Origin: Pseudogymnoascus verrucosus
Taxonomy: Eukaryota
Assembly (NCBI GenBank): GCA_001662655.1
Contig: KV460212.1
Reading direction: 5' to 3' (one strand)
DNA: 64,000 nucleotides
Shown: positions 1 to 11,680 of the stretch, in pieces
How positions within the stretch are numbered: position 1 is the first letter of the stretch
Layout of the letters: the number at the start of each line of letters is the position of its first letter
The notes under the pieces: model-generated
Told to the model about the DNA's origin: nothing
What the model saw: only the letters and a program-made list of their open reading frames with translations
Database searches by the model: none
Made by a program: the position numbers and the translations under genes

Positions 1-550
1 GGAATAGTTAGAATAGCAAACTTCTTTACTATTCTTACTATTCCTACTATTCTATTATATAGAGTTCTTATAAGGAGGTGCCTACAAATAGTCTAGTACC
101 TACTATATCTAGTACCTAGTAATAGTTAGGTACCTAGAAAGAGTTAGGTACCTACTCTATCTAGTACCTAGCAATTCTTAAGTGCCTAGGAATTTTCTAG
201 TACCTATAGAAGTAGGTACCTAAGAAAACTCTATTACCTAATGTTAACCCTACCTTAAGGGTAGTTAACTTACTAATATGTTTATAGCTACTATACTTAG
301 GGTGTTAGCAATAGTACTGCTAAAAACCCTAGCTATAACACCTATAGGGCCTTATAAAAAAAAAGTAAAAAGTAAAAAATCTAACGCCCTATAGGGCCTA
401 ACATAGGATATGTAAAATTGTAAATTTTTTAATGTTAGACATTCTAAGCCCTATAGGGCCTAAAGTCAATCCCTATAGGGCGTGTAGTAATAAATTTAAG
501 TATACACTTAACTCTAACCCTACTGCCCTAAGCCTGTAAACCCGACCTAA
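1..550. repeat. AT-rich, RIP-degraded repeat/transposon relic with repeated CCTATAGG palindromes
   Basis: Very TpA-rich and CpA/TpG-poor; many GTACCTA motifs at 90-235; (C)CCTATAGGG at ~341, 387, 449 and 471; abrupt switch to normal composition near 550. Confidence 0.75.
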
Positions 551-579
551 TTGATTTATAAGAAGTGGATTCCTGTTAA

Positions 580-2748
580 CTATCCGTTGCCATTACACGA
601 GGAGTCACAAGGGCCTCCGGCAGCACACTGAACCTTATTGTTGTCAAAGCATCGACGACGAGTCCCAATCGCTGTGTGGAAATAAGCATGCCACTTTCCA
701 ATTTGTCAGTCTATATTTATATTCACAATTAGGTCTGTGCTTACCTCATATCCATTCTCATCCGGTTGGTCGAAGTAGTCAAAGTTCTAGGCGGTTAGAC
801 TACCTGTAGGAAGTCAGCACCAATAAGTGTCGAGTAAATTACTCGGAAAAATTTCTTACCAGAGCCACAACACGGATTTACTTGTTTCATTAACGACTGC
901 TGACCCCAATCATACGTTGCCCACCCGGCGCCATAGATGTCATAATTTTGAAATGCAATTTTGTACCATCCCTTGCAACTCTGTGATGGCGCCGTTGGCG
1001 GTGGCCATGGGCGATTCGTCCTATGAACTGAGACCGCATAAAAATACTCGCCCTCGGTTCTGTTGCCACCACCCTTCCAATTCATTGGATTGTTCCCCGA
1101 TCTGGGTACGTCACAGCCATTAATAATCGAGCTAATAGCTGTTTGGCAAGAGTCTTCGCTAAATGTAGAGACCTTGTCAGACAGCGATATGGCCATTATG
1201 AATTCGTCTAAGGTGCCAGAGTAATAAGTTTTAGCGACATGCCAACCAGCCACGTTTGCAGGCTTGTTTTTGGCTACATAACTGCAGAAATCATCGATGT
1301 TGTTGTTTAGTGCTCCAGCACTTGCGTAGGCACGGCTGCCGTGGTCTGAGAAACAGAACATATTATCGACTACAAGACATACGGGACTTTCTCCGAGTAT
1401 GGCAGCACGAGCATCTCCAATGGCATCAAGGGCGTATGCAGCGATGACTTCGTGGCCGAGGCCGTTTGGGTGGAAGATCTTCCCGATACTGTCAGGTAGA
1501 GGGATGGAAGATGCTGGACAACCCGGGTCGACAGGACCACGCTTGCTCATTTCTAGTCCATACGGCTCTGCGCCGTATGTCTCATTATCGTAGTGCATGT
1601 ATCCAAAACCACCACGGCTCTCCAACGGGGCCGTGACTCCGGTGAATAGCTTGAAGAACATGACGTTTGCGTTGCCCGCGTCGTCTGGATCCTACAGGAA
1701 TGTAAGAATCTTGTATTTGATACTTCTGAAAAATCTCTACTCACCGGACTCGCTCCTGCCTCGCCTGTGTTCAGAGTTACTTTAGCGGTCTAAATAGGAG
1801 GACTAGATGTCCTTTAATGAGAGACAACTTACAGAACTGCCCACCAGTGACCTGTGCCCATGGGTCCCAATCAGCAGTCACGATCTTCATCGTCGTTGTC
1901 GCGTTAGCCGCAACCTCATCTACAGCCGCTTGTATTACGGCATTGGTTTGCACTACAAGCGAGTTGAACTGTGTACGTCTCGATGTATTCAGTGGTAGCC
2001 CTGCTGTTTTTAATACCTGCCAATTTTCTTTTGTGCAAGCGTCGGTCTGGTCGTTGAAGTATTGAGCATACAAGACTTGGACTACAATCCCATTGTTGGC
2101 CATCTTGGAACTATAATTTATCAAAGTCAATTGAAATACGTGCATATAGAAAAACGTATATATACACACTCAAGGGCGATAAGAAGGTCCTTAATGTTCT
2201 GCTTGAAGTAGCCATCAGGTCCCAGTGCGGCGTGGGCAGTAGCCACAGCAGCGTCACATCGACTATCTAACGGTGCGACACCTGCAATACATTCGTTGAT
2301 GATATTTGACTGGATTTCTCGTCAGAATTTTGACATCTTTGAGCTTAGAGGTTTATCTCACGAGACAAAGATCATTTCCACCAGCAGTCATAATGACAAC
2401 ATCTTGATCATCATCTAAAGCATTGATCTGTTCAAATATACCAGATGAGATAGCTCCCGAGCATGCAACATACGTGAAATTCTTAACAGTTGGTCCGAAG
2501 AAATGATTCATGATCACAGGATAAGTATAAGAATACCGTGAGCAGTCGTCGGAGTTGTCGCTAAGGCTGTACAGATTTCCAGATCCAATGCCTGCTGTGA
2601 AGCTGTCTCCCACTGCGGCGAACTTCTTGATCCATGAGTAATCAGTAGGGTCTGTTACTGCTCTGGCCATGTCAAAGGAGCTGGCGGCAGCCGATACAGC
2701 AGAAACCATGGCAACGCTCAACGCCATCTCTAGTAAGGGCAGCATCAT
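580..2748 (-). pseudogene. Secreted SGNH/GDSL-type hydrolase with Cys-rich C-terminal domains; in-frame TAG near the 3' end (truncated allele or pseudogene)
   Basis: Signal peptide MMLPLLEMALSVAMVSAVSA; block I FAAVGDSFTAGIG, ACSGA, block III TAGGND, IFHPNGLGH; multi-exon; spliced 3' end reads CCGSGSLTA*NFDYFDQPDENGYEWHAYFHTAIG...CNGNG* with TAG at 787-789. Confidence 0.8.
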
Positions 2749-3606
2749 GATGAGCAGCAAGATGTCGCTGGTAACAATTTTCATCAGCGCAAACAAGAAC
2801 AAGGGAATGGGTAGTGAAAAGAACTTCAGATTCTCTTTGGCTCCTCACGAGATGCGAGTCGGTGTCTAATTGGAACCCTAGATCGGATGGTTGTCTCCAT
2901 CTAGACGACTTCTTCCGGGATGTAGCTGCGAAAGAATTGTTGGGTAAATGAGAAATGTTGGAAGGATCACTGTCTTAGATCGACACATGCAACTTCGATG
3001 GATTGGGGGGTCATCGGAAATGACGCCTTGCTACCCGTACGGAGGTAAAGCCTGGATCGGGGCTTTACTTCCGTACATGCCATAGTCTTTCCTGCACCCT
3101 CCTACTCCCGCCAAGCTGCGTTATAGTTGATCTACAGTAAATTCGAGTCCTGTATTTTTAGGGACCAAGAGTCAAGGGTGAGTGCACTTCTGCCAGAACC
3201 CATCCGAGGTCCACATGGATAATCGGTCCGTCAAAAATTGAGAAAATTGTAATCGAGCAAGTAAACTGGTGCACCTTGCCGGGGCAAGGTTCAGGGGGGG
3301 TGTTGCGAAAATCGTGAGCAAGGGCAAGGGTGCGGGCTAAATCGAATGTAGTTCGCGGATTGACAAACCCCAACCGTTGTATGACAAGGGCTGTTGGCCA
3401 TGGCGGTTTCATGTAACTGCATATTGTAAAGTGACTGATGGTGTCTCATATCCTCACCACTCGTGCTTTGTCAAGCTACATATTTCTTCGACGCAACCTC
3501 ATCATCGCTCGGCAGTGCCAAATTTAAGACATTGAAAATCATATGTCTGTCGTGTTTCTCTCTCTTAATTCTCTCTGATAGAACGCCTATGAAACATTGT
3601 GGTAAT

Positions 3607-4758
3607 ATGTTGCTGGTCAAAGCCATCCACGGTTGCCTGTACACTGGACTACTCTTCTCAACTATAACGCTGGCCTGTCCTGACTATCAAGACCTTCCAT
3701 TTTTCAAAGCCGCCAATGGAAGTAGACTTGATAAAGCTGAGTTATTGAAGAGATACTACACTGTCGAACCAAGCGAAGAAGCAACCCAAGCTCCCTCTAC
3801 ATGGCCCGGCAGCACTCTTCCATACTGCTTCGAAAACGATAATACGAAGACTCTATTGAAAGACTTGGTCGAAGATGGTTGGAAGCGCTGGCAGACATCG
3901 TTAGTGGTTGATAGGCAGTCTGTCTAAATTCTAGAGGCTAATGTTCACAGAGGCGTCGACTATAACATCCACATGGGGGAGTATAATAATTGTCCTGCCC
4001 CAGTTAATGGGAATGTTACAAAGGGCATCGGCTATCTTCTCATCCAGGCGAACACTGATGGGAGGTTGCTGACCACGATTGGAACTCAGTTTTATAGCGA
4101 AGGAAACGGTGCATTTATGCTCTTTGATCCCAATCCAGATCTCGCCATGGGGGATGCCGTCGCCAACATGGCGCACGAGATAGGGTGAGCTATTACGTTC
4201 GTTATGAACAAACTTGACTGACAGAGAAATAGACACGCATGGGGGTTTTATCACGAGCAGCAACGCCCTTACTTCTGGAACAAGGTCCAATACGCCCAAG
4301 CCACGGGACCCACGAATCAAATCAATTTCGTTTGCACAAATCTAGCCGATTATGTTGACAAAGCCGGGACACCAAATGGAGACTCGAACGATGTTTGCCA
4401 CAGCGAAGCAACGGCTAAAAGTAGAGGGTTTTCTGCACTCGAATATTTGCCTATGAAAATGTCATTTACAGCTGAGCTTGAACTTGCAGACTTTGACTGG
4501 AAATCCATTATGCTTTATGGATCTACGATTGGTGGTAAGGTGGTGAACGGTGTTCGCGCCAATGTATACACCAGAGGTCATGATGGAGCGGTTAACCCTC
4601 ATAACACGTCGCCGAGTCAGCTGGACGTAGACAGGTTCAATGCAATGTATACGAAAAAGGCGAAATACAAGAACCCATGTTTAATCAATCATGGTTGTAA
4701 CCCAAAGTACGCCTCCTACATGAACTTGAAGGTCAAGTGTAAGAAAAAGCTCAGTTAG
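3607..4758 (+). CDS. Secreted astacin-like (metzincin) zinc metalloprotease, 3 exons
   Basis: Signal peptide, KR processing site (LLKR-YYT); spliced zinc motif HEIGHAWGFYHEQQRP (HExxHxxGxxHE); Met-turn KSIMLYG; introns at ~3900-3949 and ~4185-4232 join the ORF fragments in frame. Confidence 0.85.
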
Positions 4759-4963
4759 ACAGGGTACCTTATGTAGTAAGGCACGAATTCCAAGACCGTG
4801 CAAAACGTTTTCTGCATCTACAGTAAGCTTACGAGTACTGCCGATTATTACGTACTTACCACCTGCCTACTTCCTCATTGGCCTGCCAGAATCTATAGAA
4901 AAGTTGTGCCCTAGCAAATGAAGGCCGTAGGATATTTAGGTCTTCCGTAATCTAACATATATG

Positions 4964-5170
4964 GTGGATCTAACAGGGTATCACCCAACTTATTGTCTAC
5001 GGAGTTAAAGCCTATTTACCTCCGTAGAGTAGTATTTGTTGCAGGTGAGAAGCTCAGCCGGGTTGGATGTTGGATATACGGGGGCCAAAAACAACAACAC
5101 CGCAACCTTACATGTAAAGTGGATCTAACAGGGGGTCAAAACAGCGTCCTACATAAAGTGGGGCGAGGGT
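4964..5170 (+). promoter_or_regulatory. Upstream module of chitinase gene with two GTGGATCTAACAGGG elements; homologous to 7893-8115
   Basis: GTGGATCTAACAGGGTATCA at 4964, GTGGATCTAACAGGGGG at 5119; flanking blocks CCGGG-TGGAT, CAAAAACAACA, TACATGTA and AGTGGGGCGAGG are shared with the LysM upstream region. Confidence 0.65.
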
Positions 5171-5384
5171 TCATCTATCTCGTATTTACGTTGGGGTCTA
5201 CTGGATATTTAGAAAGTGATGTACTGTAAAGCTTGTAACTTTTTCTTCTGTTGACTGGGGCAAGGGCGAGGAGTTCACTTGTCTGTCGATGGTAGTCAAG
5301 CACTTCATCCTTTTCTGACAACCTTCTCTCTGCTTCTCGCTTTATTCTGTAAATATTTACTTCCAGTAGAGAAAAATTGCCGCC

Positions 5385-7404
5385 ATGAAGCTATTCTCAC
5401 TTCTCCTGGTCGGGCTGGTCGGGCTCGCTTCTATTATTTCTGCAGATTATACATGTACAAAGACGAAAGATTGTGCCAGTGGATGTTGCAGGCTAGGATC
5501 TGATGGGTTTGCTCTGCCTTAATATAGAGTTCAAGTCAATTGCTAAATTCTTTCTAGAACGGGAAGCTGTGGTCTTGGTGCGATTCTAACGCTTCTTGAG
5601 CCGTAATCATCTGTACTAATCGAAATCAAGGACCTACATTTTGCGGAGCAGGCAACTGTACATCGACGTGTGATGCAGTTTCTGAATGTGACCCTGGATG
5701 GGGTTCCAAATGGTCTGCAGCAGAAGCTTGTCCTCTTAACGTCTGCTGCAGCCAGTACGGCTTCTGTGGTGAGTATAACAAGGTTTAAATTCGAGGACTT
5801 GATGGTGATTTGTTATAGGTACCACTTCTGATTTCTGCGGATCATCTACCGTGACTTCTCCTTCCTGCGGCGGTGCCAGCTCCGATGCTCGAACGATTGG
5901 ATACTACGAAGGCTGGAATCTGGAGCGACGCTGTGATAGTACGTATATCAGCCCATAGAGCGTGTGCAGCACTGATGATATTTAGCCATGACTCCAGAAA
6001 AGATACCCTTGGGGTATTACACACATATCAATTTTGCATTTGCATTAATCGATCCAGTCACGTTCAATATCGCTCCTATGGGGTCTGATGTTGCCGCACT
6101 TTATCAAAGAGTCACAGCCCTTAAAATTCTGCAGCCTGGGCTTCAGGTCTGGATCTCGGTTGGAGGATGGGCAATGAATGATCCCGGGCCAACAGCAACT
6201 ACATTCTCAGATATTGCGGCATCGTCTACGGCACAGTCTAATTTTTTCAATTCTTTAATCAGCTTCATGGAGAAAAATGGGTTTGATGGCGTTGATCTTG
6301 ATTGGTAAGTCTTGAGGAACCTGTTCTAATTTAAACTTGGACACAAGTACTAACCGGGTTTTTAGGGAGTATCCGGTTGCACCAGACAGAGGGGGGATTG
6401 CAGCTGACCATGAAAACTATCCTGTATTCCTTCAGAACCTCCGAAATGCATTAGACCAGAGTGGGATGCCAACTCGTCCCGGAATATCAATTACGATTGT
6501 GAGTGAAAGGGGGTAGTCTTATGGTAACCCCGTTTTAAACTTATCTAGCCATCTTCGTACTGGTATATGCGCGGCTTCGACATCGTAAAGATCGATCCTG
6601 TAATTGACTTTTTCAATATCATGACTTACGACATTCACGGAACTTGGGACTCCACGGATCCGTCAATTGGAGCTATTGCGCAAGCACACACGAATCTAAC
6701 GGAGATTGAGCAGAGCCTGGAGCTCCTTTGGAGGAATAACATCGATCCCGCGAGAGGTAATCCTTTCGGCACATTCCGAACATTTATGTGAATGCTGATA
6801 ACTGTCTCAGTAAATCTTGGTCTTGGATTTTATGGTCGCAGTAAGTTTATAATTCTCATCCGCCGATTACCACACTCACTAAATTAACAGGCTTTACAAT
6901 GAGCAGCTCGTCCTGTCTTGCATCAGGTTGTCAATTTTCTGGTGGTGGCAAACCCGGGCCATGCACAAACACGTCTGGAATTCTTTCAGCTACTGAGATC
7001 AGAGAAGTAGTCGCTGGTGGCGCATCCGTCACGTTTGATCCCGTTGCAGCTGTCAAGATCATCACGTGGGACAACAACCAATGGGTCTCTTATGATGATG
7101 TCGAAACCATGAAGTTGAAGCAAGTCTCTTCAAATATGACCTTTTGATCTGGCAAAGCTAACTATGTGTTGCAGAGTCCAATACGCCAATAGCCGCTGCC
7201 TTGGAGGGTGAGAATTGGATTCCCCGACATGACTTGTGCCTCCTGCTAATGATGCTTATTAGGACTATGGTATGGGCTGTAGATTTGGATGATGGAACCA
7301 CGATAAATGCACTTGGTTCGGACCTCAGTCGTCCAAAAACTCCAACTCTTGATCCGAGTCTTTTGGACCCCAACTTTAACAATACGGATTTGGGAAGTGA
7401 CTAA
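5385..7404 (+). CDS. GH18 chitinase, subgroup C-like (killer-toxin alpha-like), with N-terminal hevein/CBM18 modules; many introns
   Basis: Signal MKLFSLLLVGLVGLASIISA; Cys-rich GCC...GSCGLGPTFCG and CPLNVCCSQYGFCGTTSDFCG; THINFAFA, ISVGGW, spliced FDGVDLDWEYP (DxDxE intact), NIMTYDIHGTWD, WVSYDD, GGTMVWAVDLDD; one intron (7120-7174) is best modelled as GC-AG. Confidence 0.93.
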
Positions 7405-7892
7405 AGCTTTGCATTATTTATTATAAACAACCTATTTTCCTATTTTCACCTGTAAAATGACAGTATGCCATAAAGCGTAATGAATGCTGCCACCATAGGC
7501 ATTGAGATTCGCTCGTGTCCCAAGCGACCTATTATTGCCTGCACTTTATCCAACAGCCTCTGATCTCAGACAAGATTGGACAACGAAGAGCATGTACTTC
7601 TCAGTATCGGGCCTTCTTTAAATCTGTTCCGGCCCATTTACCAACAACGCCAGTTTACCGTCGGGCCAGCCAATACAACAAATGTAGAATTTTACACCGG
7701 TCAGTCGAATAACTAGCGTTGTTGGTGAGTTGGCCGGAACAAATATCTCTCACCTTCTCACCCCCGCACTCATACATCGTAATCAAGCCAATAAGACGCA
7801 GAAGGGTGAACGGGCAAGAATCCCATCTGGGTTACTGCAATAATTTCAACGGCAATTCCAACAGTGTCTCCACAGCCCTATCTGCATACGTA

Positions 7893-8115
7893 GTGGATCT
7901 AAGAGGGTATCAAGCTCATCGTCTAGGGTATGGAGCAGGCTAGAAGTCTAACCGGGCTGGATATGCAAGGGACAAAAACAACAGCCCCACAACCGTACAT
8001 GTATAGTGGATCTGACAGGGTATCAAGCTCATATTCGTAGTCTGGGCCTTGCTGCGGGTAAGATGCTTAGCCGGAGGCGTATATGCAGGGGTTAAAAACA
8101 GGCAGTGGGGCGAGG
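7893..8115 (+). promoter_or_regulatory. Upstream module of LysM gene: two tandem ~113-bp units starting GTGGATCT(AAG/GAC)AGGGTATCAAGCTCAT
   Basis: Units start at 7893 and 8006, each ending ...ATATGCA(A/G)GGG...AAAAACA; collinear similarity to 4964-5170. Confidence 0.65.
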
Positions 8116-8455
8116 ATGTATTGCACGTTTGTAACCTCCACGACAGTTCTCGGTTAGTCTGCAAAGTTCAGTTGGGGATTATAATGGGAACGTGGTGTAG
8201 TCCTAAGATATTGGGGGTTGAAGGCATTCGCTTCCAGGGGATTGCTTGTGCACCACTGCTGCTCGTACTTGAGTATTGCGTAGGCTCTTCCCCTTGTCTT
8301 GATTCCGGGCTCCTAGCTCTGCTGCTGGTCGTTCGCCCAGATCTCGTCGAGGTCTTGTGGGGAGATTCCACTCATCCTCTAATTCTGTCAGGTCGTTGCT
8401 GGAACTGCTCGTCGTAAATATCATTTTCAATCCTGATTCGTCATAGAACGTTGCA

Positions 8456-11400
8456 ATGGCTGTACTGCGTCTGCTGTTGCTTTCGACTATTCTAGCGGCT
8501 TGGAATGTGCAAGGAGGCATCATCGACCTGAAAGCTGCACAGGTCGTCCGAAGAGCAACGACAGCTCATACATCATACCGCACAACTGCAGGCTTGCCAA
8601 CGCAGACAGGAATTGCCGCAAACTGCAACAAGTTCTACGATATAGTTACGGGCGATAATTGCGAAACTGTAGAAGCTGCGTTTCAAATAACGAAAGGACA
8701 GTTTCTGGCATGGAATGTAGGTTCTGAATGGGGGATCTTATGTTTCTAGTAACTGAACTGACAGCCCTACAGCCTGCCGTTTCCGATGACTGCGTCACCA
8801 ATTTTTGGGTTGGAGATTCATACTGCGTTGGCACGGCTGCTGGTGGCGTTAGCAGTACTAAGAGCAGTACTAAGAGCGTTGCTCCTCACACGACTGTTCA
8901 CTCGACAGCAGATCTACCTACACAGTCCGGATCCATCTGCAATTGCAATAAATGGTATGATGTGGTAGCTGGCGATACCTGCGCGACAATTGAGAGCACA
9001 TTTGGGATCACACTTGCTCAGTTTCTCAAATGGAATGTAAGCTGGCACTGTAAATCCACCCTCAACCCTGTGCTGACTTGCAAAGCCAGCTGTATCGTCC
9101 GACTGTGCGACCAACTTCTGGACTGGGGATAGCTACTGCGTAGGGACAACAATAGCAGCTTGCCCTACAAGTACCTCAAAGACGACTACAAGCCATACTT
9201 CTCCTACCATCTCTTCAACTTACTCTATACTTTCGCAAATAACGAGCTCATACGTGCCGGCTACAATTGCAACAGCCACGTCCTGGCCGCCGACTCATAC
9301 CCAGGCTGGGCAAGTAGCATACTGTGAGAATCTGAGTTTCTTCGGGTAGGCAAAGCTAACCGACTGTCACAGGCAATAACTGGGATCTGGTATCTGCAAG
9401 TGATACGTGTGATAGTATACAGGGTAGCTATTCAACCTTCATGTCGATGGATGACTTGTACAAATCCCCCGAGCTTTTTAACATATTTAAACAAAGAGCT
9501 GACATGAGTATCAAGCATATCATGGAATCCAGCCATTGGTGTTAATTGCACCGGTCTTTATGTTAACTACTATGTTTGCGTTGGTGAGATTCTGCTAATT
9601 TAAATCTAGGCAGGAAACATAGCTGAATCTTTTCAGGAATTCAATATCAGACAAGTGCTATAGATAACTCTACTGCAACCTCATACTGGTACCCATCATA
9701 CACTCCAACTACTGCTCCAACACTTAATACATCGTTTGTTGCATCACCGACGCAGACCGGCATCCCACCTAGCTGCCTTGCTTTCTATCAGGCCAGCGCA
9801 AATGATACATGTGAGACGATTGTAGAGAAAGAGGGCTATGTGACATTAGATGAACTCAATGAATACAATGTGAGTCACAACACTTTATGACACCTGTGCC
9901 CAACTAACAAGTTAGCCCGCACTTGGATCTGATTGTTCCGGGCTAATTCCAGGGGATTATTACTGTGTCATGAACGGTACACTTCCGTTGCCATCTGTGG
10001 CAACAGTGGCACCGACCGCGACGCAGACTGGCATTGTATCCACATGTGTCTCATGGTACCGAGCAGATAGCGGAGACAATTGCCAGCTAGTTGTTGAAAT
10101 ATTTGGCACATTTAGTGCAGCAGATTTCCTGACGTGGAATCCAGCTGTTCTCTCAGACTGCTCAGGTTTTACAGTTGGTGATTATTACTGTGTTGCGATT
10201 CCGTCAACGCCAACAACAAGGACCACCAGTTATAGCTCTACGCCACTGCCGTCAAATGGAGTTGGCCCCCAGCCAGAACAGCCTGGAATTCCAGCCGCCT
10301 GCGCGGATTACTGGTTCGTTGGCACGTATGTGTCACGATTTCGTTTTTAACTTTGTGCACTATAACATTCACTGAACTTGTGTACAGACTAGACACCTGC
10401 GACTCCATTGCGACAAAAAATAATATCACAGTCGCTCAGCTGGAAAGCTACAATGTAAGTGGACTTCGAGATTCAAATAATTTTGGCAGGAATACTACTA
10501 ACGCGCTCATAGCCAGCACTTGGCAGTGACTGCTCGGGCCTGACACAAGACTACTATATCTGTGTTGGAAAGCCAGACAACTCCACAACTAGTACTACAG
10601 CTTCAGGTACAACTACTGGCAGTATTCCAAACACTCAGACTTCAGCTTTCAGTAGCTCAACAACAACTCCAACTTCATCTCCTTGTCAAACCGTTTCAGG
10701 GATAGTCTCACCAACACCTTCAAACGCCCTTTGTGGAGTTAAGGGTTCCTCAATTGCCGCCTCAGGTGCTGGAACTCTTATTGGATATGTTACCGGCAGC
10801 AGCTATGTTACAAGTCTTGCTGCTTGTAGCTCACAGTGTCTAGCAACTTCGTGCTGTACAAACATCTATTTCATTCAAGGGAGAAACTGCAACTTGCACT
10901 ATGGACCCAACGCTTTTAATAACAACGTTGGAAGTACACTGTTTGATTTTTATGATGCGACTTGTTTCACCTGTGGAGCGATAGGCTGTACTACAGCACC
11001 AAGTACAACTACTGGTGCTTCTCTAACAAATACAGGAGCGCTAGGGATTGTCACACCGTCTCCTGTCCAGGTAAGGACTTAACAACTCCAAAAAGATTAT
11101 GAGACGAGGATGGCTGACTATTATGCAGCCGAGCATGGTGAGTGGTTGCGAGAGATTCTACTACGTCGAAAGTGGCGACGGATGCTACAATCTAGCAGCT
11201 GAGGCGGGCATACCTCTTAGTAAGTTCAAATATGTTTCCATCTCAGTGCATACTAACTGGCATGCGTTCTATAGATAGCTTCTACTCTTACAATGTAAGT
11301 AAACCATCTACAACATGCTCCTCTCTGTACTAACAATTTGAAGCCTGCCGTAAAAACAGACTGTACCGGACTTCAAGCCCATGTTTATGTTTGTATTGGT

Positions 11401-11460
11401 CTTAATGGGCCAGCGACGACCATTACGACTGGCACGCCCGTACCAGTCCCGTCGTCGTAG
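8456..11460 (+). CDS. Secreted multi-LysM (CBM50) protein, seven fungal-type Cys-containing LysM domains plus a PAN/apple-like Cys domain
   Basis: Signal MAVLRLLLLSTILAAWNVQG; seven C..Y/W.V..GD.C..I.........F..(W/Y)NPA...C.......Y.C(V/I) units with T/S-rich linkers; most are split by an intron at N|P; stop TAG 11458-11460. Confidence 0.9.
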
Positions 11461-11680
11461 ATATATATACCTTCATGACCTTTGAGATTGATAGCATCCC
11501 AATGGTATGTGGTATACAATCGAGGAATTATAAGACTGTAGCGAGATGGTTTACATGAGGACTTCCAATCGTCATTAATATAGACCCTCTATGTCTGCAA
11601 TAAACTTGTAATTCTAGGTGTATACAAAACAAACTATTTGTCCTTTCATAATGCAAAGCTAGTGCACATCTAGGTGACAA

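Noticed and set aside
240..530. TAACCC-like hexamers suggesting a telomere
   Set aside because: Only isolated copies, no tandem array; explained by RIP-shaped composition
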